From Eledone cirrhosa (Eukaryota): DNA of 64,000 nt. Below the pieces are notes generated by a model that was not told the DNA's origin, did not search any database, and worked only from the letters and a program-made list of their open reading frames with translations. Positions within the stretch are counted from its first letter, which is position 1, and each line of letters starts with the position of its first letter. The DNA lies in assembly GCA_964016885.1 (NCBI GenBank), contig OZ024743.1:194060001-194124000 (forward strand). Reading direction: 5' to 3'. Position numbers and translations under genes: made by a program. Shown here in pieces: positions 27,362 to 41,486 of this stretch.

Positions 27362-27807
27362 ATAATTAGGATTTAGCTTCAAACATAGCTGTATACAGAT
27401 ATGTTTTGGAATTTCGTATTTCTAAAGAAACACGGTATGTTTATAGAAACATAAACCCTAAATCCTATTTCAATCCTATTATAAGTTGAGCCAACTTATG
27501 CAGCTTCATATGCAAATGAGATTAATCATCTCATTTACACAGACGAGAAAACTATATTCTCGACTGTTTTCAAGTCCAGCAGTCGCAATAGTGGGGGGAG
27601 GTCGTCCTGATGAGAACCAGTTAAGTTCGAAATGCATCGACAATTGTCCCCCTTACTTCTGCTGGACACAACCAGAGTGCGATAGCCCCCGGTGATTTTG
27701 CATAACTACGGCTTTCAAAATGTTTATCTATAAACATACCGTGTTTCTTTAGAAATACGAAATTCCAAAACATATATGTAAACAGCTATGCTTGAAGCAA
27801 AATCGTA

Positions 27808-27811
<4 letters not shown>
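27362..27811. mobile_element. Small element with ~90 bp inverted arms enclosing a hammerhead
   Basis: 27362-27452 is the reverse complement of 27720-27811. Confidence 0.85.
27601..27644 (+). ncRNA. Canonical minimal type I hammerhead ribozyme
   Basis: gtc-CTGATGA-gaac/gttc-GAAA-tgca-TC-gac; palindromic stem III ATGCAT, AUC site. Confidence 0.8.
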
Positions 27812-27890
<79 letters not shown>

Positions 27891-28094
27891 TTACAAATGA
27901 TATCGAGGACAGACAAGCGAAATATACAATTTCGTATTTTGCTTAGCAAAAGATACACATGCAATTCCAGAATAGAAAAACCATTGAAGAAACCCAGCTA
28001 AAGAAAACGCCCCTTTTATCTTTGAAAGAATTTACAATACTTCCTCATATATCACCAAAGGATAGGTCAGATTATTGTCTAGGTTAGATTCTAG

Positions 28095-28250
28095 GCGGTG
28101 AATTGGTAGAGTCGTTAGAACGTCGGATAGAATGATATTTTTTTGGTATTCGTTCTGACTCTTTACACTCTAAGTTCGAAATCCGCCGAGGTCAACGTTG
28201 CCTTTTATCCTTTTGTAGCTGCTAAAAATAGTACCATTAGAGTATTGGGA
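28095..28250 (+). mobile_element. tRNA-derived SINE (diverged)
   Basis: ggcggtgaattggtagagtcgttagaacgtcgg...aagttcgaaatccgccgaggtcaac. Confidence 0.8.
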
Positions 28251-29861
28251 TGGAGTCTTCCTCACTTTCTTTATATGATTCTCTCTCTTTTTCTTTGGAA
28301 AAAATCGGTTATAATCAGATCTAGTGAATGGATGTCCCCGGCAGCGTTAAAATATCAAGATACGCCGTACGTCACTATGGCGCCCCTAGGATCCAGCAGT
28401 AGTTACAGATCAATCCGTTTGTACATACATACCTACAGTCATACCTACCTACCAATCTATCTATCTGCCTACTTGCCTACCTATCTATCTGCCTACTTAC
28501 CCACCTACCATCCTTCCTACCTCCCTTCTACCTACTTACCTACCTAGCTACCTATGTACTTATCTATCTACCTACCTATCTACCTACATTTGTACTTACC
28601 TACATACATACCTACCTACCTATATACATACATACTTATATGCGTACCTAGATACATACTTACATACACACACACATACATACGTACCTGCATACATCCA
28701 TACATAAATCCATACATCCACACATACATACATACATACATACATATATGTTATTCCAGAACGAAACTCTCTGAAGGAAACGCCCCTTTTATCTTTGAAA
28801 GAATTCCCAACACTTCAAGATATATCACTAGAAGAAAGGTCAATTTATTGCGTAAGTTCAATTCTAGCTAGCAGAATGAGAAGAAATATATTACAGCACT
28901 ACTGTGTCGGACAAGTTAAGCTGTGTATAATAAGCAGACCGCTGGCTGATAATTTGGTTTTGTTGACAAATTGTCTAAGAATTGCAATTGTATGGGAAAC
29001 CAAAGTTAGGAATCTTCATAGGTACCGGGAATGTGCAAGAAACAGCGATGTTGGAAAATGTCACAAGATACATCAATGGGATCAATAAAATCTAGGAATA
29101 TATATTAGAAATATCTGTGTTAGCAAAGTTCTTAATAATATTGTCATTTTCATCTATTAATATATATTACATGAGTTTAGCTCAACGCTAGAATCTATGT
29201 GCGAGAAGGCTAAAAGAAAAGAAAATTGGATTCTTTTTTTTATTGTCTGGTAAATTCCGCCTAAATGTATTATACATGAAATTGAATTCTGTACAACAAA
29301 CGCATTAAACGTGTCCAGCTTCCTACACCACATTAACAAACCTCTATGGAAACTAAGTATTGTCAATATAGGAAATAAGGTAAGGCCAAACTTCTTTCCC
29401 ACAGGTAACAAAAAGGAATAAAATATGAGTCTATTACTACAAAATGCTTCAATTCATTTTAACATCGAAATTATCTTTTTCTAATCGCACACACAAACGT
29501 ATATATGTTTTGTCCTTTACACATGAAAACAGGTCTTGATATGTCTTAACATGCTTTAACGTATAATATGCTGTATATATATATATACACACGCATGTAT
29601 ACACACACACACATATATATATATATTTAATATATATATATGTTTAATATAGAAATAACGTCTGCAGAACTAGAATAGTTACACTCAAAAGAACTCGTCA
29701 GGAGAGCCGACTGTCCGATTTCTTTTGAATGAAACAGTTCTAATCCTGTAAAAGCCAGTACTACATTAAACATAATGTTTACACTTTACTAATGTAATGA
29801 GCACCTTTGTCATTCGTGACCGAAGGGTGTCATTACCTTTTAACCCCCCCCCCCCTCCATA

Positions 29862-30309
<448 letters not shown>

Positions 30310-30356
30310 TTATATAGTGGATAAAGTTCACGTACTTTTTGTTCATTATTATGTTT

Positions 30357-30533
30357 TCAGTATCGGTAGAGGGTCGGACGCCATGCTTTCCAGCATAGTT
30401 ACGTCCCTTTACGATCTGGGTTCAAATCCCGCCGAGGTTGACTTTGCCTTTCATCCTTACGGGGTCGATAAAATAAAGTACCAGTAATGCACTGGGTAAT
30501 TGCTGGCCTTGTGCCTAAAGTAGAAACAATTAT
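30357..30533 (+). mobile_element. tRNA-derived SINE (young variant)
   Basis: Near-identical to 6560-6733. Confidence 0.88.
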
Positions 30534-30731
30534 TATGTTTTATTTAGTCGACGACGCTAGAAATAGCAGTCAAATCTCTCAAATTATAACCAACCTTTTT
30601 TAAGCACATTGGGTTATATAGACATAGACATCCTAAAAGACTGGGATGCTTTTCACCATAGTTTTATTTGATCATTGTTTATATGAACAAAACTATTTTC
30701 TACAAATACTACTGCCATTACCACAACCACC

Positions 30732-30805
<74 letters not shown>

Positions 30806-31517
30806 ACCATAACACTTCAGTGTCATCTTGCAGTCCCACTTATTCAAATAATGTCGCTACCACCACCATCAACACCACCACCACCATATCACCACCATCA
30901 CCCCCTTTATCATCACACTACACTTTTCTGCACCACAATACCCTCAATGTGGTCCCCTATCAAGCTCCACTTCAGTTCACTTCAATAATCCTTCCCTCGT
31001 AAATATTTCTGTCTATATTGTTCTGAGAGAATGTAGAATGTATAAAGCTGTGGAAATAAGATCTGGTCCCTAATACAGGTGGATGACCTCACACACCACT
31101 GTAATGGCATTAAAATATCTCATTGTTGTAAGGGGAGAGTTGTTCTATTGAAATTCATCCAAGCGTAAACCTAGCTGACTCACCTTATCTGCGCAGTCTC
31201 CGTTTACTGCATGTACCTATAAATCTTTCTCCCTTCCTAGGAAAAAGAATGTCTGTTTTCTCCGTTAATCTAAATAATTAATATTATTCGGTGACATCCT
31301 GTTTCCCCTGGTTAACATACATTTAAACGGATTAATATTCTTAGCCTACTTCAACAATTTTAGACAGAATAATTATTATAAAAGTGTTTCGTGTTTGTAT
31401 TTAGAAGTTAGGGGAAGATTTGTGAGAATCAAATATTAAATTTCCTTAGTTGTCCATGTTTGGTTTTAAACAATAGCATTCCTTGATCCAATATACTTAT
31501 CAAGGTTTCGAGACTTC

Positions 31518-32789
<1,272 letters not shown>

Positions 32790-32790
<1 letters not shown>

Positions 32791-33345
32791 ATATATTATA
32801 AAGTAAGAAGAAATATTAGACATAAATAAATACCTATTTCTTTCTTCAAATTCCCGACTGTACAGTTTCGTGGCTACTATGCAAACATTTTACATCATGG
32901 AGATGCAACATTTCTGTGAGGTATGCCGACTTTTCAAGGGAACACCTCAGGGAAAGAACCATTTCAAACAGGTCTGCATCGAGTAAGAAAATCTCGAAAA
33001 GGCGGAGGGAAACACTATCACGTGATACAGTGGTCGAGATACTCTCGCGCGATGCAGACCTGTTTGAAATGGTTCTTTCCTTGAGGTGCTCCCTTGATAA
33101 GTCGGCATACCTCACAGAAATGTTGCATTTCCATGATGTAAAATTTTTGCATAGTAGCCACGAAACTGTACAGTCGGGAATTTGAAGAAAAAATAGGTAT
33201 TTATTCCTTCTTACTTTATAATATATTACATAGCTCTGATATCGAGTCAATTTAATTATTCCGATTATCTTGTCTCACATAATCATAGAGCAACACTGGT
33301 TAAGGTCGACAACACACAATCTCACATACTTGTGAAAAAATATGT
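32790..33345. mobile_element. Palindromic mini-element with mirror-image U3-A8 hammerheads
   Basis: Arms ~32790-32981 / 33050-33228 are reverse complements; right-hand extension to ~33345. Confidence 0.88.
33089..33180 (+). ncRNA. Type I hammerhead, U3-A8 core variant, long stem II (mirror copy 32851-32942 on minus)
   Basis: (c/t)tccc-TTGA(T/A)AA-gt.ggc...gccac-GAAA-ctgtacag-TC-gggaa; 10 nt palindromic stem III ACTGTACAGT, GUC site at 33173-33175. Confidence 0.8.
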
Positions 33346-33420
33346 CTATATATGCATGTATATGTATGTATACACGTGTATTTATGTACCTCTCATTAGT
33401 GTGTATATATATATATATAT

Positions 33421-33527
33421 ATATCCAAAATTAAATTAAGGGTGTCATGTGTGTCAGACTGCAGAATACGCTCAAAGATTCGAATGAATAGATCCGAGCA
33501 TTTTATATCAACTAGAAATTGATTGAC

Positions 33528-33564
<37 letters not shown>

Positions 33565-33800
33565 AAATAAACATATGAAACAATCACAGGGAATAATTTG
33601 TAAAATGTGTAAGCACACACAGCTAGGTAGCTAACCAATTAAAGTTTAACTAGAACTTCAACTGTGATTGTTTCATATGTTTATTTTATACATATATGTC
33701 AATCAATTTCTAGTTGATATAAAATGCTCGGATCTATTCATTGGAATCTTTGAGAATATTCTGCAGTGGATATGGCGCTTAATTTAATTTTGGATATATA
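33421..33800. repeat. Inverted-repeat element (arms ~33421-33590 / 33662-33800)
   Basis: gaatagatccgagcattttatatcaactagaaattgattgacat is the reverse complement of atgtcaatcaatttctagttgatataaaatgctcggatctattc. Confidence 0.88.
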
Positions 33801-33939
33801 TTAATTGTAGAGCTAACTCAGTTGAATTGACTCGGCTGCTATTTCTAGCTGACGATAATCCTATTCACGCCACTGGGATGACGGTGGTACGATGTGTGTA
33901 TTTAAAAAAAAAATGCAACACGTGTTGCAAGTCATTCAC

Positions 33940-33979
<40 letters not shown>

Positions 33980-33992
<13 letters not shown>

Positions 33993-34868
33993 TGTGGTTG
34001 TCTGTCTGTCTATCGAATTTTGGCACACATCTCCTCTTAGAATCTCTCACGGAATTGCACCGAAATTGGTATACTTGTACATTGAGCCCTAGCGAAGACA
34101 TCGGAAAAAAAAATTTCAAATTGACCCGCCCTATGTGACGAAATCGAATATAATGTATCGATTTTTGAGCGTAAGTGATCAGTTATTTCCCTTTGTTCTG
34201 TTTACATTGAGCGTCTGCGTGCAAAAATTAAAAAAATTACGCTGGCTTTCTCAGCGTTTAAAATGGCATTAACACAATACACGATTTAAAGACTACGTAA
34301 AACAAGCCTTTTAAAACAATATTTTTACTTGAAAACAAGTCTATTTAAAAACTACTTAAAACAAGCAAATATTTCGTAAAAAAAAGCAAAAATTATATAA
34401 GTTTATATAAAATATATGTATCTGTAAATTTCGTTAGGCGTGCAGACAGACAGTCGTGCAGAGAGGTGATATAGGCGTGCAGACAGACAGTCGTGCAGAG
34501 AGGTGATATAGGCGTGCAGACAGACAGTCGTGCAGAGAGGTGATATAGGCGTGCAGACAGACATAACTGATAATTTGGTTACGCTAATGTTTTTCTCTGC
34601 GTTGCAGTGTTTACATTTTCGATCTTTGTTAATAAATAACCAGTGCAGTTTTTATCCCCAGCATCCTCTTTTGTTATAACATTCGGGTTATCGTTATGTT
34701 TTCTTAACTTCATAAGGCATATTGTTGGTTGAGGGAATATTAATAAAAAACACCACATGCAAGTCTGCACAGTAGACACTACAGTTTTTAAGCCAAGAAA
34801 GAAACTTAACATTGTAACTTTAACACAGCTACTGAGCGACCCCGAGCAACGCCGGGCTTTACTGCTAG
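33980..34868 (+). mobile_element. Non-autonomous Helitron with internal 37 bp tandem repeat (34436-34560)
   Basis: 5' tatatataaaa..gtctgtctgt start; 3' hairpin cccgagcaacgccggg followed by CTAG at 34865-34868. Confidence 0.75.
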
Positions 34869-36064
34869 TATGCTATAAAATTGACGGCCGTATGTAGGTA
34901 ACAAACTTTCCGCCAAACGGCTGGACCAAACAACATCAAATTTGCACCATAGATGTAACTTTTTCCAAGTAAAAAAGTGAGGGTATTTTTGTCTACTGAA
35001 TTTTGTTAAAAGATTAAAGACATTATTTAAATATACACTTCTTTAAAATTTCAACTGTCAACACTTCCGGTTATACGTAATTCCTCACTTTTTCTTATAA
35101 CGTCCGTCGCACAACATTCCCCTCTTTCTCTTAGTCTGTCTTTTTAGATAGATACATAGCTATAACGTAGCGCCCTTATAATATGTCTCTGTATGACTGA
35201 CTGTCTGCATTAGCTAACGTTTTTCGAAATATTTACTTCTGCGTTCACAGACGTATTTTTTAAGTTTCAGAAGAACCTGTTAAGGGTGAAAGCAGCGATT
35301 CTTTGCTTAAACTTTAATATGTTATTTTAATATATATATTCGTGTACAGATATTTTTGCATACACAAAAACAAAAACCTATTTATTTCACGAAAGCACAG
35401 ACGGCTTATCGTCATTGTTACTGTTCGTGGCTAAGAGGACCACAGTCTTTCCAAGTGGAACATTGATGGCCAAAGATCTGAGAACAATCAATGGCCATCA
35501 ATGTTCCACTTACCGTTTGGCTTACCAGGTGCATGGTATGTTACACGATGACAGCCATTGGCACCCCACCCTGCAAGAAACAGCAACTGCTAAAATCCCT
35601 TCTCAGCTGCGAAAACTTTTTGCTATTATGCTGCACAACTGCGATCTCGCCGACCCGCTCACACTGTGGAACAACCACCGTGAAGTCTAGCTGAGGACAT
35701 CCTCCACCGCACACGCAGACACAATCTAATTTTAAATGAGGCGCTCATTTGTCTTGAAAACAGTGTCCTGGAGATTGGTGGTAGGCCTCTAAGTCACTAC
35801 AGCTTACCTGCTCCTGACAGGATTGTCCAGAGTTCCACGTCTACAGAGCTTCTCCGTGAGACGAGCTACGGTCAAGTGATTCTCCCATGGTCAATTGTAT
35901 GTAGTATGCTCTAGGGTGAGCTAACCAAGCAATCTCTTCATCTTTGCTCTGGAGGGCCGAACAAAAAATATTGTATACTCTGAGGCTCTAACAATGTAAT
36001 TCTGTAATTTTGGTTTTCTTCACTTTTTTAGAATCCTGGTGATAAGGGCAAAACGAGAAGCTAG
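34869..36064 (+). mobile_element. Internally deleted Helitron with RepHel remnants
   Basis: DLRTINGHQCSTYR..GMLHDDSHW..TL....PSQLRKLFAIML..C...P..LW linker; SHGQLYV.CSRV..TKNIVYSEAL helicase C-terminus; ends CTAG at 36061-36064. Confidence 0.85.
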
Positions 36065-36883
36065 TGAAGATATAAATGTCGGCAAAGCTAATCTAACAAG
36101 GAGCGAAAGCAGTCATATCTAACTGGAAGGGTGGATTGTGATCATCCAATATCGTTGAACTGATTGTTAGATACCTCTTACGCACCACACCCGACGGAAT
36201 GTTCGAATTCAGTAAGACAATATGTCTGATTATAAAATGTGTGTGGAATGCTGCGGAAATAATACGACAGTTTTGGCATTTATCTTTGGCAGGAAACCCA
36301 CTGTGCCTATTGCAAGCTGACGATTTTTAACCCAATTTTGCTCTTAAAGTACTTGAAGCCTAATTTAACGCGTATTCAGACGTGTAAGGATGATGCACAT
36401 GAATTTATTCAAGGCCTCCGAGACTGGTGGGAGAAAATTATCTACAGATCCAAAATATAGTCACATTGCATGTAACAGAACATACTCCACTTTCTGTAGC
36501 TAAGGACCAGATGGTCTTAACCTAAACCACGAATTAGGTTTACCAACCAAGAACAATTCCCATAGATTCCGCCAACCAAATTTTATTCAAAAGGAGTTGG
36601 TTGACAGGAGGGTTGTAGGACATTTACTGAAAATCGTTCGCATTGAAATCGAAACCAACATCATGCCGTTACAAAGTTTCATCTTCACACTTATTCATGA
36701 GAGGATGGTGGGGCGGGCTTAGACGTCCGACATTATTTTACGTGTACTAACAAAGGACGCATTCAGGCATTAGATTAAGGAATTATAAACAGTCCAAAGT
36801 TTAATCCAACCATAGTAATATATGTAGAATAAGGAAAATGCCATGTTCGGTGTAGATGCTACAAAGATTTTTTTATTAACAAA

Positions 36884-37155
36884 GCTGTGATACATATTTC
36901 AATGGTGACTTTTTCAATCATATATCCAGTCGCTTGATATCAGACAACATCTTATGTAATATGTTTACGTTTCCGATACAATCCAATCTACAGACAAGGG
37001 AACAGATAGAAATGATGTTTTCTGTCGGTTCCCTTGTCTTTTGATCATAGACGTAGCCTTATTACATAAGGTACTGCCTGATGATATCGCGCGACTGGTT
37101 ATATGATTAAATAATCAGGTAGCCCCGATTGCCAATGGAATACATATGACAGCCG
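36884..37155. mobile_element. Old degenerate member of the 31601-32017 palindromic hammerhead family (duplicated at 41530-41800)
   Basis: gctgtgatacatatttcaatg at 36884; cctgatgatatc..ggaatacatatgacagc at 37077-37153; shared spacer ctgt..ttcccttgtc. Confidence 0.7.
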
Positions 37156-37204
37156 AACTTATCTAGCTTGCATTTGCGTTGAGAACTTATTTATTTAATA
37201 TGTG

Positions 37205-37236
<32 letters not shown>

Positions 37237-37331
37237 CGTGCGTGTGCGTACACGCCCGTATATATATACATGCGCTAAACCGATTCTGTTTACCTTTTAC
37301 ATATATATATATGCATATATATATATATATG

Positions 37332-37363
<32 letters not shown>

Positions 37364-37506
37364 CGTAATATAATAAGCCAAGGATTGGTATATCAAATCC
37401 TTTTAAATCATTTGATTTATATATGCTCTGGGAAATTATAGTATTATTATGGTTAGAATTTACATATTGGGTGAGGCCTTGAAATATCCTTGGTTGAATA
37501 TTGTTG

Positions 37507-37572
<66 letters not shown>

Positions 37573-37573
<1 letters not shown>

Positions 37574-37757
37574 ACGAAGGAAATGTGGTAAGGAACCAGG
37601 TGGACCATAATGCACCAAAGTACTCAATACTTAAGGTAGTAGAGTGGGTAATAGGAACGAGTAGGACCCCGACGGCTGAGCTCAAGCCGTTTCGACGGCT
37701 AATTCTGGAATTAGCCGTCGAAACGGCTTGAGCTCAGCCGTCGGTGTCATACTCGTT

Positions 37758-37762
<5 letters not shown>
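37573..37762. mobile_element. Fold-back pLTR end in (TA)n (112 bp hairpin plus ~78 bp one-sided extension)
   Basis: gacggctgagctcaagccgtttcgacggctaatt-ctgg-aattagccgtcgaaacggcttgagctcagccgtc; homologous to 59131-59262 and 60775-60828. Confidence 0.88.
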
Positions 37763-37796
<34 letters not shown>

Positions 37797-38798
37797 TTCA
37801 GTTAAAATAAGTTGGCATTAAACTGGCATCTTTGTATGTATGCATGTATGTATGTATGTATGTACTTTTTATTGAATGAGAGACTCCTAGCCTTTATTAA
37901 GACATCTCTCTAGGAGAAAGTCACTCTGATATAAAACCAGCGACGTCATTTGCATCCAATGATGTAGATCAATTCTACTTCTTGGGAAAATGCATTCGAT
38001 GTTCAGAGTGTGGGATTGCCCCCCTCCAGAACCTTTCCTCACTTAAAAAAGCTTCAAGCATAGGCATCGCTTGATATCTGACATTTTTTGCGTTGTATGG
38101 CCGTAAGAAAGACCCTATCAGGACTAAAATGCCATGTCCGTGATGCTCATGCTTAAGTATCAAGCGATGGCATTACACGAAATAGAGTTACAGCCATCAT
38201 GTATATATGTAAATGCGTGACGTCCAAACAAGTATCTTCCACCTCCAACTCCACCTTTACCATTCATCCTAGTTTGCTGGTTATAAAAGAAAACGTAAAA
38301 GAAATAGGAACAATTAAATAGATACAGTAAGGAAAAATGGGGAGGGAGTGGCAGTTTATATACTCTTGTTTAGGCGGTTACGCCCCGCGGATAGAATGGT
38401 GAAAGGAAACAGCAAGTGACACCACCAGAATCAGCCACTCTGTCACATGAGGTTGCTTCCTAAGGTGGAATATAGTCCTTGACAACTGTATATATATTTC
38501 ACATAGTGATCTATTTAATTGTTTCTAATTTTGGCACAAGGCCAGCAATTACGCAGTGTATTACTGGTACATTATTTAATCGACCCCGTAAGGATGAAAG
38601 ACAAAGTTAACCTCGGCGGGATTTGAACTCAACAGAAATATTCACTTTTGGTGATACCAATATTGCTTTGCTTTACTAAAGTAAAGAATTGATATCCCTT
38701 ATCTTTTCGAGAAGCATTTATACGATTTCATCGGATGTTATTATATACTTGCTATATATATATATATATACATACGCACACGCGCACACAAACACACA

Positions 38799-38889
<91 letters not shown>

Positions 38890-38892
38890 GTG

Positions 38893-38961
<69 letters not shown>

Positions 38962-39135
38962 AGGAAACCGTTTCATTTCAAACATGGTATATTGAAAACA
39001 TGACGCTTTTCAATATTATTTAGAATTCGATCATATTTCCTTATTAGTTGTTCGTGTTTGGTTTCAAACAATAGCATTCCTAGATCCAATATACTTATTA
39101 AGGTTTCGAGACCTTCACAGCCCCCCGCCCTCCCC

Positions 39136-39239
<104 letters not shown>

Positions 39240-39494
39240 TGAGAGAGAGAGATATGAAAGTCACTGTTGTAGTATGTACAAACTGTATTTGTATATATAT
39301 ATATATATATATATATATTTAAGTAGCAGCCGTACTAAGAGTGAGAAATGAAATTTCGTTTCATTTTTTCCGTTTATCGTTTTCGGTAACCCGGCCGATT
39401 AACTCACTCGATATGCAAATTAGGCTGCTCAGCCGTTAATCTGCATAAGGAAAGTATATACTTTCAGACGTTCAACAATCTGGCAGGAAGGTAT

Positions 39495-39537
39495 ACGTTG
39501 CTGACGATAGCTAATAAGCTTGAAACTAGTACAGCAT
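39495..39537 (+). ncRNA. Minimal type I hammerhead with U-U at the base of stem II
   Basis: gttg-CTGACGA-t-agct/agct-t-GAAA-ctag-TA-cagc; palindromic ACTAGT, GUA site. Confidence 0.72.
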
Positions 39538-39874
39538 TCCTTTGTCAGTGTTGAACAAATGAGCAACGATGGTTGCTAGACACTGTATGTCTTAATTCGG
39601 GATGTTTGTTTACAATCACACCGAGCATTATAATAAATTTTCGGTGAATCCATATGTACATGTATATATGTGTGCATGTATGTATATATGTATATATATA
39701 TACATACTACTGTACGCATGTATACATATATGTATGTACGTATACATACTTATATATATATATATATACATATATAGCGTCCGAAACCTTTAAGACCATC
39801 TTCCTGCTATTTCAAGCGTCAACCTAATATATTCCTTCCATATACTGTACCGATTCTGTTTACCTTCTACATAC

Positions 39875-39915
<41 letters not shown>

Positions 39916-40076
39916 TTAAACTAAGTTGAAAATACAACAATATTCAACCAAGGATATTTCAAGGCCTCATCCAATATGTAAATTCCAACCATAATAATAC
40001 TATAATTTCCCAGAGCATATATAAATCAAATGATTTAAAAGGATTTGATATACCAATCCTTGGCTTATTATATTAC

Positions 40077-40109
<33 letters not shown>

Positions 40110-40112
<3 letters not shown>

Positions 40113-41240
40113 TATTTTCCGTTGTGTTGTAATATAAATATTACACACAGTAGATTATCAGCTCACGTAGAGTTTGCTCGACGGTTCCAGTTGTAGTTCC
40201 AAAAGTAATCCGGAGAAAAATAGAAAGATTTGAATGGATACAGTTTAGTTGAAAGGAATTTATTGACACGTGTTTCTATAACAGTTACGTAACCTAAAAC
40301 AGCTGTTATCTACAAACTTTTAGTTATGTAGAAAAAGCTTGGACGCTCAGGGATAGCGATCAAAAGTTTACCCTAAAATGGGAGAAATTAGCTAAAACCC
40401 AAAGCTTTTCCAGGAGCCAAAATTTCTGCAAATTGTGTAATCTTGAGATTTATTACATAATCACACACAAGAAGAAACTGCTGAATAACAGAATTGAACG
40501 AACATTATTCTGCCGTCACAGAACTAAAACCCTTTTTTCCCACTACAAGCCGAATATTACATAAAAGAGGACTAGAGTATGTATGTATATATGTGTGTGT
40601 CTATACGTGTGTATATAAAGATAAGTTGAGTATGAAAATGTATACACATGAGCGCGTATGTATGTACATGAATACATGTGTGTATATATATGTGTATGCA
40701 TGTGTATATATATGTAAGTATGAATATGTGAATTGTGAGTATATGTATTTTGTAGAGGTGTGCAAATATATTTGTGTGTGAATGCGTGTGTGAAAGGATA
40801 CTTACACTTGAAAGAAAAATTTAAGTCTGAATGTTAATTAAGTGCAAACACAAAACCAACCACGCATATCTTTACTATCTCTAATCCTTCTATAGATTTA
40901 GAAAAATAACCAATAATATATTCTATAAAAAATGTCAAAACAACAGATGGGAATCTAATTACTCACTGCCACCAAGAATTCTCACTGCTATCGAAAAACC
41001 ACTCCTTCAACTATTCTTCTAACAACTTCACCCCTCCCTCCTAATATTCTCTATAAAAACTAAATAGGTCCTCAGTAATATTATTCTGATGAAATGACAG
41101 TAAATAATAACATTGAAATATTGAATGTCTGCATAACTAAAAGTTTGTAGATAGCAGCTGTTTTAGGTTACGTAACTGTTATAGAAACACGTGTCAATAA
41201 ATTCCTTTCAACTAAACTGTATCCATTCAAATCTTTCTAT
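40110..41240 (+). mobile_element. 5'-truncated Penelope-like element with inverted pLTR piece and GIY-YIG C-terminal remnant
   Basis: 40334-40530 translates KAWTLRDSDQKFTLKWEKLAKTQSFSRSQNFCKLCNLEIYYII..LLNNRIE..FCRHR; arms 40221-40332 / 41128-41240. Confidence 0.85.
41081..41200 (+). ncRNA. Type I hammerhead with ~90 nt stem II domain
   Basis: ttatt-CTGATGA-a-atgacagt...actgttat-a-GAAA-cacgtg-TC-aataa; perfect stem I, palindromic ACACGTGT, GUC site. Confidence 0.78.
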
Positions 41241-41292
41241 ATATATATATGTACGTATTACGTATGTAAAAGGTAAACAGAATCGGTTTAGC

Positions 41293-41328
<36 letters not shown>

Positions 41329-41387
41329 GGGCGTGTACGCACACGCACACACACACACATACACGCACACACACACACGCGCACACA

Positions 41388-41486
<99 letters not shown>

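Noticed and set aside
29650-29730. Minus-strand CTGACGAG core
   Set aside because: No downstream GAAA or stem III
33845-33932. CTGACGA ... gcaacacgtgttgc
   Set aside because: GAAA is mutated and stems I and II do not pair convincingly
39545-39586. Hairpin with ATGA..GA resembling a SECIS
   Set aside because: Upper helix too short and no apical AA
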